From the NCBI GenBank assembly GCA_964016885.1, contig OZ024750.1, positions 53,940,001 through 54,004,000 on the forward strand: a stretch of DNA of 64,000 nucleotides, given 5' to 3'. The notes beneath the pieces are model-generated. The model did not search any database, was not told where the DNA came from, and saw only the letters and a list, made by a program, of their open reading frames with translations. Position numbers and translations under genes: made by a program. This stretch comes from Eledone cirrhosa. Lineage: Eukaryota. Shown in pieces: positions 39,679 to 52,600 of this stretch (its first letter is position 1; each line of letters opens with the position of its first letter).

Positions 39679-39738
39679 TATTTTATTATACATATTTCAA
39701 GGATACTAAATTATAGTATGCTTTCATCAGATAAAATA
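39679..39738 (-). ncRNA. Type I hammerhead ribozyme (inverted pLTR copy)
   Basis: Exact reverse complement of 42554-42613. Confidence 0.8.
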
Positions 39739-41679
39739 CAATATTTGATGTATAAGATAGTGACATACCCAGAGTATAAACCTCCACAGTCAGCTTACAA
39801 TGGATATAATTTAATAGGGATATATTAAATAGATAATAAGACCGTTATTATAGACACTTGAAAATTTAGAAAAATAGTGTAGTTATATTGGTCGTGGGGC
39901 AGCTGTTAAAGGGTGATGTATTAACTAGTGGAGATATATGTATAAATATATATAACCATAAAAATATACACGTATATATGGTTATATCCGTGTATATAGA
40001 TCCATATATATATACAGACGCACATCTTATGTTTTCGTGTTAGGAAAAATATTTATATTGGTTATATCAAAAATTGTTATGGGTAATTATAAGCATATAT
40101 GTATATATAGTTACATATATAGATATATATATGTAAATAACTAATTTTATGAATAAATGTATGAGAGATTTATCCATATATTATTATTTACTCTTATAAA
40201 TTAACTCTTATTAATTATAACGTTAAAAGATTTTTTTCTAAAACTATATTCTAAAGGTGATTATACATAATATAGATAAAGGTACTTGTTATGTTGATTA
40301 AATATATATATATATGTTTATATCTAGTGGAACCTATAATTATATTTGTATATTGTTATATATATGGTAAATAAGTGAATTATATATATATACTTATTAG
40401 ATAGCTAATAATTTAAGGAAACTGCCGGAAATTGCTTGTATCGTGATGATGCATTATTCATAGTAAATAACCATAGCAATAGTGCCGTTAATAAAAAAAG
40501 AAAATCATTATAGACTTCTTTAATAATTATGGCCTTAAACTATAAATAGAAAACAATAATAGAATAGCTAATTTCCTAGACGTTACCTATACTACCCATT
40601 CCATAAGTTAAACGAAAATCTAAACTATGTTAGCTTTTATTCCAACCACCCTAGAAACGTAAAGAAAGCTATAGTCAATAGTGTCCAACATAGAATTTCA
40701 AGACTCTCCGCTAATAAACAATATATTCGATAATAAAGCAGAATACTATAACAAAGCCCTAACAGAGCAGGATACAATAATGAAATTAATTACATACAAA
40801 TGGATAATTATACCCCATATGCAAAAGTATATAATAATAATATAAATAAACTACATAACCAGAATAACTATGATGTAAACAAAAATGTAAAAATCACACA
40901 GAAAAGTCAGAACCCGCTCTATAATTTGGTTTTCACCACCAACTTCCATAGGAATTAAGACATGTTTAGCACAGCAGTTCTTTAAAGCTCTCGATAAATG
41001 TTTTTTAAAACCCATAGATATTACCAGATTCTTAATAGACACACAATTAAACTCTCATACTCAACAACTATGAACGTAGCCCAAAATATAGCAAAAATTA
41101 ATAATAGGAATCTCAAATTAAACCAATTGGAAATAACCCCCACAATAACAATAATATTGGTAATAGCATTAGTAATAATAATAATTTACACTTGAATAAT
41201 AGAGCTATATCATCAAATAATAACAAGAAATTGTAATTGTAAAAACAGTCTTTCTTGCCCGTTAGATAATAATTGCTTCAATAGAAATTTAGTATATTTA
41301 GTACTTTTAAAACTAATGATAAACTGTATAATTACATAAGGACGACTTCATCGAAATTTAAAGAACATTGGTATAACCATAAACATACACTTAAATGAAT
41401 AGATAAGAAATTCTCAACTTCCCTATCACAATTAATTTGGTCTTTAAAAAACAAAAACATTAATTATTCAATATCTTGGCAAAAACTTCAAAGTGCATCA
41501 CCATACCTAAATTCCTCTATTTCCAGAATCTGTCATCTCTGTAATGAAGAAATCTTCCATATTATTACTAACACAGGATCTATTATTAATAAAAAGAATG
41601 AGGTTTTTAGCTCTTGTTTACATAGGATTTCTAAATCTTTTCATAAAATGTATAGTTAAATTATTAGCTATCTGTAGTA

Positions 41680-41739
41680 TACTCTTTTACTCTTTTACCT
41701 GTTTCAGCCATCCGGCTGAGGCCATGCTGGGGCACCGCC
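41680..41739. mobile_element. Short SINE-like repeat fragment inserted between the PLE ORF and the right arm
   Basis: GC-rich TTTACCTGTTTCAGCCATCCGGCTGAGGCCATGCTGGGGCACCGCC with a (TACTCTTT) end. A diverged relative lies at ~34855-34905. Confidence 0.6.
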
Positions 41740-41922
41740 CTTATTTACCATATATATAACGATATACAAATATAATTATAGGTTCCACTAGATATAAACA
41801 TATATATATATTTAATCAACATAACAAGTACCTTTATCTATATTATGTATAATCACCTTTAGAATATAGTTTTAGAAAAATTTTTTTATAAAACGTTATG
41901 AGTAATAAGAGTAAATAATAAT

Positions 41923-42098
41923 TGTTTCTACTTTAGGCACAAGGCCAGCAATTACCCAGTGCATTACTGGTACTTTATTTTATCGACCCCGTAAGGATGA
42001 AAGGCAAAGTCAACCTCGGCAGGATTTGAACTCAGATCGTAAAGGGACGTAACTATGCTGGAAAGCATGGCGTCCGACCCTCTACCGATACTGCCAAT
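41923..42098 (-). mobile_element. tRNA-derived SINE family A inserted in the right PLE arm
   Basis: 13-bp TSD AGTAAATAATAAT (41910-41922, 42099-42111). Absent from the left arm. Confidence 0.93.
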
Positions 42099-42553
42099 AG
42101 TAAATAATAATATATGGATAAATCTCTCATACATTTATTCATAAAATTAGTTATTTACATATATATATCTATATATGTAACTATATATACATATATGCTT
42201 ATAATTACCCTACAACAATTTTTTATATAACCAATATAAATATTTTTCCTAACACGAAAACATAAGATGTGCGTCTGTATATATATATGGATCTATATAC
42301 ACGGATATAACCATATATACGTGTATATTTTTATGGTTATATATATTTATACATATATCTCCACTAGTTAATACATCACCCTTTAACAGCCGCCCCACGA
42401 CCAATATAACCACACTATTTTTCTAAATTTTCAAGTGTCTATAATAACGGTCTTATTATCTATTTAATATATCCCTATTAAATTATATCCATTGTAAGCT
42501 GACTGTGGAGGTTTATACTCTGGGTATGTCACTATCTTATACATCAAATATTG

Positions 42554-42613
42554 TATTTTATCTGATGAAAGCATACTATAATTTAGTATCCTTGAAATAT
42601 GTATAATAAAATA
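42554..42613 (+). ncRNA. Type I hammerhead ribozyme in the PLE pseudo-LTR
   Basis: UAUUUUAU-CUGAUGA-AAGCAUACUA uaauu UAGUAUCCUU-GAAA-UAUGUA-UA-AUAAAAUA: 8-bp stem I, 9/10-bp stem II, loopless palindromic stem III, AUA site at 42605. Confidence 0.82.
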
Positions 42614-42730
42614 AATATGATGCTATAGTAATATTTTCCATTTATTACTATTGTTAATATGTATATATATATATATGAATTGTATTATGTTTGGTCTACA
42701 ATTAATATAACTTATTTTTCCTTGCTTCAG

Positions 42731-43304
42731 ATCAACCCCTGATTTCGGAAGTCTTGCAAAAGAAGCCCTCTTAAAGAACTGCAGTAAAGCTCAAGCCAGG
42801 TTGGATCACCTACAAACAGCACACACTATCCCATCCAGTGGCATTAGTACCAAGAACAAATCCAACCGTTTAGAAACATCCAAACATGCACGATGTCGAT
42901 CAGTACCTGGTCCCTGGCCAACTGATGTTTCTCATATAGAGGGCCAAATTGAATCAGGGGAAGGCCAATTCTCTTGCCCAAATTCTCCTTTAGATCTTAA
43001 ACAAATGACTCTTGATTCCAAAAAGCCTACAGACTTGAAGAAAATTCCCTCATCTTCTTCATCTCCAACAAACAGCCAGATGGGGTCTCCAAAACCAAAG
43101 AAAACAATTTTCGAAGGATTTCGAAATACTTTACGGAAGTCAAAAGGAGATCTTTCTGGCACTAAATCATCTGAAAGTTTCACCAATGCTCATTCAATGC
43201 CGGATATTGTACAAGAAAATAAGGAAAGATCCAACAGTGATTCCATATCTTCAAACAGAACCACTGGAATGGACATTAGCCAATCAGATTTAGAAACCAT
43301 TCCG
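42731..43304 (+). CDS. Internal coding exon of a host gene (Ser/Pro/Lys-rich, probably disordered region); product not recognised
   Basis: Acceptor TTTTTCCTTGCTTCAG at 42730 and donor CCG|GTAAGT at 43305. 191 open codons STPDFGSLAKEALLKN...SQSDLETIP. Confidence 0.85.
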
Positions 43305-43369
43305 GTAAGTTTCGTTGTTTTTAACAATTAATTTTTTTACCTCATCATTATTAAAAAGGTCAAGTTTGT

Positions 43370-43623
43370 TCCTAGCCCAGAGACTCATCAGTTTGAAGCT
43401 TATCCCAGTTTTATTGACATTAAGTGACTGAGTGTACGTTATTTCCCCCACCCTTAGACGGAACTCCCCTCTATTGCAGTGTTACTTCTCCCCCCCCCCC
43501 CCCTCCCAGCTGCTGCTGCTGCAACATGAAATAAAATGCCTGGCTGTGAGACACAATAAACTACGTCATCAGAGAATCAAACTCATAACCTTACAATTGT
43601 AAAGTCAACACCCTAACCACTAG
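43370..43623 (-). mobile_element. Diverged tRNA-derived SINE (family B-like head) abutting the 28-bp array
   Basis: CAACATGAAATAAAATG..GAATCAAACTCATAACCTTAC..CCCTAACCACTAG. Confidence 0.65.
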
Positions 43624-46600
43624 TCCTGTTAGTACTATAGTCTCTCATCAGTCCTGTTAGTACTATAGTCTCTCCTCCAACCTGTTAGTACTATAGTCTC
43701 TCATCAGTCCTGTTAGTACTATAGTCTCTCATCCAACCTGTTAGTACTATAGTCTCTCATCAGTCCTGTTAGTACTATAGTCTCTCATCAGTCCTGTTAG
43801 TACTATAGTCTCTCATCAGTCCTGTTAGTACTATAGTCTCTCATCCAACCTGTTAGTACTATAGTCTCTCATCCAACCTGTTAGTACTATAGTCTCTCAT
43901 CAGTCCTGTTAGTACTATAGTCTCTCATCAGTCCTGTTAGTACTATAGTCTCTCATCCAACCTGTTAGTACTATAGTCTCTCATCAGTCCTGTTAGTACT
44001 ATAGTCTCTCATCAGTCCTGTTAGTACTATAGTCTCTTATCCAACCTGTTAGTACTATAGTCTCTCATCAGTCCTGTTAGTACTATAGTCTCTCATCAGT
44101 CCTGTTAGTACTATAGTCTCTCATCCAACCTGTTAGTACTATAGTCTCTCATCCAACCTGTTAGTACTATAGTCTCTCATCAGTCCTGTTAGTACTATAG
44201 TCTCTCATCAGTCCTGTTAGTACTATAGTCTCTCATCCAACCTGTTAGTACTATAGTCTCTCATCCAACCTGTTAGTACTATAGTCTCTCATCAGTCCTG
44301 TTAGTACTATAGTCTCTCATCAGACCTGTTAGTACTATAGTCTCTCATCCAACCTGTTAGTACTATAGTCTCTCATCAGTCCTGTTAGTACTATAGTCTC
44401 TCATCAGTCCTGTTAGTACTATAGTCTCTCATCCAACCTGTTAGTACTATAGTCTCTCATCCAACCTGTTAGTACTATAGTCTCTCATCCAACCTGTTAG
44501 TACTATAGTCTCTCATCCAACCTGTTAGTACTATAGTCTCTCATCCAACCTGTTAGTACTATAGTCTCTCATCCAACCTGTTAGTACTATAGTCTCTCAT
44601 CAGACCTGTTAGTACTATAGTCTCTCATCAGTCCTGTTAGTACTATAGTCTCTCATCCAACCTGTTAGTACTATAGTCTCTCATCCAACCTGTTAGTACT
44701 ATAGTCTCTCATCCAACCTGTTAGTACTATAGTCTCTCATCCAACCTGTTAGTACTATAGTCTCTCATCCAACCTGTTAGTACTATAGTCTCTCATCCAA
44801 CCTGTTAGTACTATAGTCTCTCATCCAACCTGTTAGTACTATAGTCTCTCATCAGTCCTGTTAGTACTATAGTCTCTCATCCAACCTGTTAGTACTATAG
44901 TCTCTCATCCAACCTGTTAGTACTATAGTCTCTCATCCAACCTGTTAGTACTATAGTCTCTCATCAGTCCTGTTAGTACTATAGTCTCTCATCAGTCCTG
45001 TTAGTACTATAGTCTCTCATCCAACCTGTTAGTACTATAGTCTCTCATCCAACCTGTTAGTACTATAGTCTCTCATCCAACCTGTTAGTACTATAGTCTC
45101 TCATCAGTCCTGTTAGTACTATAGTCTCTCATCAGTCCTGTTAGTACTATAGTCTCTCATCAGTCCTGTTAGTACTATAGTCTCTCATCAGTCCTGTTAG
45201 TACTATAGTCTCTCATCAGTCCTGTTAGTACTATAGTCTCTCATCCAACCTGTTAGTACTATAGTCTCTCATCCAACCTGTTAGTACTATAGTCTCTCAT
45301 CCAACCTGTTAGTACTATAGTCTCTCATCAGACCTGTTAGTACTATAGTCTCTCATCAGTCCTGTTAGTACTATAGTCTCTCATCAGTCCTGTTAGTACT
45401 ATAGTCTCTTATCAGTCCTGTTAGTACTATAGTCTCTCATCAGACCTGTTAGTACTATAGTCTCTCATCAGTCCTGTTAGTACTATAGTCTCTCATCAGT
45501 CCTGTTAGTACTATAGTCTCTCATCAGTCCTGTTAGTACTATAGTCTCTCATCAGTCCTGTTAGTACTATAGTCTCTCATCCAACCTGTTAGTACTATAG
45601 TCTCTCATCCAACCTGTTAGTACTATAGTCTCTCATCCAACCTGTTAGTACTATAGTCTCTCATCAGTCCTGTTAGTACTATAGTCTCTCATCAGACCTG
45701 TTAGTACTATAGTCTCTCATCAGTCCTGTTAGTACTATAGTCTCTCATCAGACCTGTTAGTACTATAGTCTCTCATCAGTCCTGTTAGTACTATAGTCTC
45801 TCATCAGTCCTGTTAGTACTATAGTCTCTCATCCAACCTGTTAGTACTATAGTCTCTCATCAGTCCTGTTAGTACTATAGTCTCTCATCAGTCCTGTTAG
45901 TACTATAGTCTCTCATCAGTCCTGTTAGTACTATAGTCTCTCATCCAACCTGTTAGTACTATAGTCTCTCATCCAACCTGTTAGTACTATAGTCTCTCAT
46001 CCAACCTGTTAGTACTATAGTCTCTCATCCAACCTGTTAGTACTATAGTCTCTCATCAGACCTGTTAGTACTATAGTCTCTCATCCAACCTGTTAGTACT
46101 ATAGTCTCTCATCAGTCCTGTTAGTACTATAGTCTCTCATCCAACCTGTTAGTACTATAGTCTCTCCTCCAACCTGTTAGTACTATAGTCTCTCATCCAA
46201 CCTGTTAGTACTATAGTCTCTCATCAGTCCTGTTAGTACTATAGTCTCTCATCAGTCCTGTTAGTACTATAGTCTCTCATCAGTCCTGTTAGTACTATAG
46301 TCTCTTATCCAACCTGTTAGTACTATAGTCTCTCATCAGTCCTGTTAGTACTATAGTCTCTCATCAGTCCTGTTAGTACTATAGTCTCTCATCCAACCTG
46401 TTAGTACTATAGTCTCTCATCCAACCTGTTAGTACTATAGTCTCTCATCAGTCCTGTTAGTACTATAGTCTCTCATCCAACCTGTTAGTACTATAGTCTC
46501 TCCTCCAACCTGTTAGTACTATAGTCTCTCATCCAACCTGTTAGTACTATAGTCTCTCATCAGTCCTGTTAGTACTATAGTCTCTCATCAGTCCTGTTAG

Positions 46601-49600
46601 TACTATAGTCTCTCCTCCAACCTGTTAGTACTATAGTCTCTCATCCAACCTGTTAGTACTATAGTCTCTCATCAGTCCTGTTAGTACTATAGTCTCTCAT
46701 CAGTCCTGTTAGTACTATAGTCTCTCATCCAACCTGTTAGTACTATAGTCTCTCATCCAACCTGTTAGTACTATAGTCTCTCATCAGTCCTGTTAGTACT
46801 ATAGTCTCTCATCCAACCTGTTAGTACTATAGTCTCTCCTCCAACCTGTTAGTACTATAGTCTCTCATCCAACCTGTTAGNNNNNNNNNNNNNNNNNNNN
46901 NNNNNNNNNNNNNNNNNNNNNNNNNNNNNNNNNNNNNNNNNNNNNNNNNNNNNNNNNNNNNNNNNNNNNNNNNNNNNNNNNNNNNNNNNNNNNNNNNNNN
47001 NNNNNNNNNNNNNNNNNNNNNNNNNNNNNNNNNNNNNNNNNNNNNNNNNNNNNNNNNNNNNNNNNNNNNNNNNNNNNNNNAGTCTCTCATCCAACCTGTT
47101 AGTACTATAGTCTCTCATCCAACCTGTTAGTACTATAGTCTCTCATCAGTCCTGTTAGTACTATAGTCTCTCATCAGTCCTGTTAGTACTATAGTCTCTC
47201 ATCCAACCTGTTAGTACTATAGTCTCTCATCCAACCTGTTAGTACTATAGTCTCTCATCCAACCTGTTAGTACTATAGTCTCTCATCAGTCCTGTTAGTA
47301 CTATAGTCTCTCATCCAACCTGTTAGTACTATAGTCTCTCATCAGTCCTGTTAGTACTATAGTCTCTCATCCAACCTGTTAGTACTATAGTCTCTCATCA
47401 GTCCTGTTAGTACTATAGTCTCTCATCCAACCTGTTAGTACTATAGTCTCTCATCCAACCTGTTAGTACTATAGTCTCTTATCAGTCCTGTTAGTACTAT
47501 AGTCTCTCATCAGTCCTGTTAGTACTATAGTCTCTCATCCAACCTGTTAGTACTATAGTCTCTCATCCAACCTGTTAGTACTATAGTCTCTCATCAGTCC
47601 TGTTAGTACTATAGTCTCTCATCCAACCTGTTAGTACTATAGTCTCTCCTCCAACCTGTTAGTACTATAGTCTCTCATCAGTCCTGTTAGTACTATAGTC
47701 TCTCATCAGTCCTGTTAGTACTATAGTCTCTCATCAACCTGTTAGTACTATAGTCTCTCATCCAACCTGTTAGTACTATAGTCTCTCCTCCAACCTGTTA
47801 GTGCTATAGTCTCTCATCAGTCCTGTTAGTACTATAGTCTCTCATCAGTCCTGTTAGTACTATAGTCTCTCATCCAACCTGTTAGTACTATAGTCTCTCA
47901 TCCAACCTGTTAGTACTATAGTCTCTCATCAGTCCTGTTAGTACTATAGTCTCTCATCCAACCTGTTAGTACTATAGTCTCTCATCCAACCTGTTAGTAC
48001 TATAGTCTCTCATCAGTCCTGTTAGTACTATAGTCTCTCATCCAACCTGTTAGTACTATAGTCTCTCCTCCAACCTGTTAGTACTATAGTCTCTCATCAG
48101 TCCTGTTAGTACTATAGTCTCTCCTCCAACCTGTTAGTACTATAGTCTCTCATCAGTCCTGTTAGTACTATAGTCTCTCATCCAACCTGTTAGTACTATA
48201 GTCTCTCATCAGTCCTGTTAGTACTATAGTCTCTCATCCAACCTGTTAGTACTATAGTCTCTCATCAGTCCTGTTAGTACTATAGTCTCTCATCAGTCCT
48301 GTTAGTACTATAGTCTCTCATCCAACCTGTTAGTACTATAGTCTCTCATCCAACCTGTTAGTACTATAGTCTCTCATCAGTCCTGTTAGTACTATAGTCT
48401 CTCATCCAACCTGTTAGTACTATAGTCTCTCATCCAACCTGTTAGTACTATAGTCTCTTATCAGTCCTGTTAGTACTATAGTCTCTCATCAGTCCTGTTA
48501 GTACTATAGTCTCTCATCCAACCTGTTAGTACTATAGTCTCTCATCCAACCTGTTAGTACTATAGTCTCTCATCAGTCCTGTTAGTACTATAGTCTCTCA
48601 TCCAACCTGTTAGTACTATAGTCTCTCATCCAACCTGTTAGTACTATAGTCTCTCATCCAACCTGTTAGTACTATAGTCTCTCATCCAACCTGTTAGTAC
48701 TATAGTCTCTCATCCAACCTGTTAGTACTATAGTCTCTCATCCAACCTGTTAGTACTATAGTCTCTCATCCAACCTGTTAGTACTATAGCTCTCATCCAG
48801 TCCTGTTAGTACTATAGTCTCTCATCCAACCTGTTAGTACTATAGTCTCTCATCAGTCCTGTTAGTACTATAGTCTCTCATCAGTCCTGTTAGTACTATA
48901 GTCTCTCATCAGTCCTGTTAGTACTATAGTCTCTCATCCAACCTGTTAGTACTATAGTCTCTCATCAGTCCTGTTAGTACTATAGTCTCTCATCAGTCCT
49001 GTTAGTACTATAGTCTCTCATCAGTCCTGTTAGTACTATAGTCTCTCATCCAACCTGTTAGTACTATAGTCTCTCATCCAACCTGTTAGTACTATAGTCT
49101 CTCATCAGTCCTGTTAGTACTATAGTCTCTCATCCAACCTGTTAGTACTATAGTCTCTCATCCACCTGTTAGTACTATAGTCTCTCATCCAACCTGTTAG
49201 TACTATAGTCTCTCATCCAACCTGTTAGTACTATAGTCTCTCATCAGTCCTGTTAGTACTATAGTCTCTCATCAGTCCTGTTAGTACTATAGTCTCTCAT
49301 CAGTCCTGTTAGTACTATAGTCTCTCATCAGTCCTGTTAGTACTATAGTCTCTTATCAGTCCTGTTAGTACTATAGTCTCTCATCAGTCCTGTTAGTACT
49401 ATAGTCTCTTATCAGTCCTGTTAGTACTATAGTCTCTCATCAGTCCTGTTAGTACTATAGTCTCTCATCAGTCCTGTTAGTACTATAGTCTCTCATCAGT
49501 CCTGTTAGTACTATAGTCTCTCATCAGTCCTGTTAGTACTATAGTCTCTCATCCAACCTGTTAGTACTATAGTCTCTCATCAGTCCTGTTAGTACTATAG

Positions 49601-52600
49601 TCTCTTATCAGTCCTGTTAGTACTATAGTCTCTCATCAGTCCTGTTAGTACTATAGTCTCTTCATCAGTCCTGTTAGTACTATAGTCTCTCATCAGTCCT
49701 GTTAGTACTATAGTCTCTCATCAGTCCTGTTAGTACTATAGTCTCTCATCCAACCTGTTAGTACTATAGTCTCTCATCAGTCCTGTTAGTACTATAGTCT
49801 CTCATCAGACCTGTTAGTACTATAGTCTCTCATCCAACCTGTTAGTACTATAGTCTCTCATCCAACCTGTTAGTACTATAGTCTCTCATCCAACCTGTTA
49901 GTACTATAGTCTCTCATCAGTCCTGTTAGTACTATAGTCTCTCATCAGTCCTGTTAGTACTATAGTCTCTCATCAGTCCTGTTAGTACTATAGTCTCTTA
50001 TCAGTCCTGTTAGTACTATAGTCTCTCATCAGTCCTGTTAGTACTATAGTCTCTTATCAGTCCTGTTAGTACTATAGTCTCTCATCCAACCTGTTAGTAC
50101 TATAGTCTCCCATCCAACCTGTTAGTACTATAGTCTCTCATCAGTCCTGTTAGTACTATAGTCTCTCATCAGTCCTGTTAGTACTATAGTCTCTTATCAG
50201 TCCTGTTAGTACTATAGTCTCTCATCAGTCCTGTTAGTACTATAGTCTCTTATCAGTCCTGTTAGTACTATAGTCTCTCATCCAACCTGTTAGTACTATA
50301 GTCTCCCATCCAACCTGTTAGTACTATAGTCTCTCATCAGTCCTGTTAGTACTATAGTCTCTCATCAGTCCTGTTAGTACTATAGTCTCTTATCAGTCCT
50401 GTTAGTACTATAGTCTCTCATCAGTCCTGTTAGTACTATAGTCTCTTATCAGTCCTGTTAGTACTATAGTCTCCCATCCAACCTGTTAGTACTATAGTCT
50501 CCCATCCAACCTGTTAGTACTATAGTCTCTCATCAGTCCTGTTAGTACTATAGTCTCTCATCAGACCTGTTAGTACTATAGTCTCTCATCCAACCTGTTA
50601 GTACTATAGTCTCTCATCCAACCTGTTAGTACTATAGTCTCTCATCCAACCTGTTAGTACTATAGTCTCTCATCAGTCCTGTTAGTACTATAGTCTCTCA
50701 TCAGTCCTGTTAGTACTATAGTCTCTCATCAGTCCTGTTAGTACTATAGTCTCTTATCAGTCCTGTTAGTACTATAGTCTCTCATCAGTCCTGTTAGTAC
50801 TATAGTCTCTTATCAGTCCTGTTAGTACTATAGTCTCTCATCCAACCTGTTAGTACTATAGTCTCTCATCAGTCCTGTTAGTACTATAGTCTCTCATCCA
50901 ACCTGTTAGTACTATAGTCTCTCATCCAACCTGTTAGTACTATAGTCTCTCATCCAACCTGTTAGTACTATAGTCTCTCATCCAACCTGTTAGTACTATA
51001 GTCTCCCATCCAACCTGTTAGTACTATAGTCTCCCATCCAACCTGTTAGTACTATAGTCTCTCATCAGTCCTGTTAGTACTATAGTCTCTCATCAGATCT
51101 GTTAGTACTATAGTCTCTCATCCAACCTGTTAGTACTATAGTCTCCCATCCAACCTGTTAGTACTATAGTCTCTCATCAGTCCTGTTAGTACTATAGTCT
51201 CTCATCCAACCTGTTAGTACTATAGTCTCTCATCAGTCCTGTTAGTACTATAGTCTCTCATCAGTCCTGTTAGTACTATAGTCTCTCATCAGTCCTGTTA
51301 GTACTATAGTCTCTCATCAGTCCTGTTAGTACTATAGTCTCTCATCCAACCTGTTAGTACTATAGTCTCTCATCAGTCCTGTTAGTACTATAGTCTCTCA
51401 TCCAACCTGTTAGTACTATAGTCTCTCATCCAACCTGTTAGTACTATAGTCTCTCATCAGTCCTGTTAGTACTATAGTCTCTCATCAGTCCTGTTAGTAC
51501 TATAGTCTCTCATCAGTCCTGTTAGTACTATAGTCTCTCATCAGTCCTGTTAGTACTGTAGTCTCTCATCAGTCCTGTTAGTACTATAGTCTCTCATCAG
51601 TCCTGTTAGTACTATAGTCTCTCATCCAACCTGTTAGTACTATAGTCTCTCATCCAACCTGTTAGTACTATAGTCTCTCATCCAACCTGTTAGTACTATA
51701 GTCTCTCATCCAACCTGTTAGTACTATAGTCTCTCATCCAACCTGTTAGTACTATAGTCTCTCATCCAACCTGTTAGTACTATAGTCTCTCATCCAACCT
51801 GTTAGTACTATAGTCTCTCATCAGTCCTGTTAGTACTATAGTCTCTCATCAGTCCTGTTAGTACTATAGTCTCTCATCCAACCTGTTAGTACTATAGTCT
51901 CTCATCAGTCCTGTTAGTACTATAGTCTCTCATCAGTCCTGTTAGTACTATAGTCTCTCATCCAACCTGTTAGTACTATAGTCTCTCATCCAACCTGTTA
52001 GTACTATAGTCTCTCATCAGTCCTGTTAGTACTATAGTCTCTCATCCAACCTGTTAGTACTATAGTCTCTTATCAGTCCTGTTAGTACTATAGTCTCTCA
52101 TCAGTCCTGTTAGTACTATAGTCTCTCATCCAACCTGTTAGTACTATAGTCTCTCATCCAACCTGTTAGTACTATAGTCTCTTATCAGTCCTGTTAGTAC
52201 TATAGTCTCTCATCAGTCCTGTTAGTACTATAGTCTCTCATCCAACCTGTTAGTACTATAGTCTCTTATCAGTCCTGTTAGTACTATAGTCTCTCATCAG
52301 TCCTGTTAGTACTATAGTCTCTCATCCAACCTGTTAGTACTATAGTCTCTCATCCAACCTGTTAGTACTATAGTCTCTTATCAGTCCTGTTAGTACTATA
52401 GTCTCTCATCAGTCCTGTTAGTACTATAGTCTCTCATCCAACCTGTTAGTACTATAGTCTCTTATCAGTCCTGTTAGTACTATAGTCTCTCATCAGTCCT
52501 GTTAGTACTATAGTCTCTCATCCAACCTGTTAGTACTATAGTCTCTCATCCAACCTGTTAGTACTATAGTCTCTCATCAGTCCTGTTAGTACTATAGTCT

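Larger units (their letters stand above)
39632..42660 (+). mobile_element. Penelope-like retroelement with inverted pseudo-LTRs (arms 39632-40375 and 41740-42660) around a decayed RT/GIY-YIG ORF
   Basis: The arms are near-perfect reverse complements. ORF remnants: LYRDD (YRDD at 40439-40450), NFLDVT, SNHP, IIWFSPP, LNRHTIKLSYS, CNC..CPL..C..LVY, YNHK, CHLCNEE. Confidence 0.92.

Noticed and set aside
46827-47118. ORFs across the N run
   Set aside because: Artefacts of the assembly gap.
47730-49670. Single-base indel variants of the 28-mer clustered after the gap
   Set aside because: Most likely low-coverage consensus errors near a contig end.
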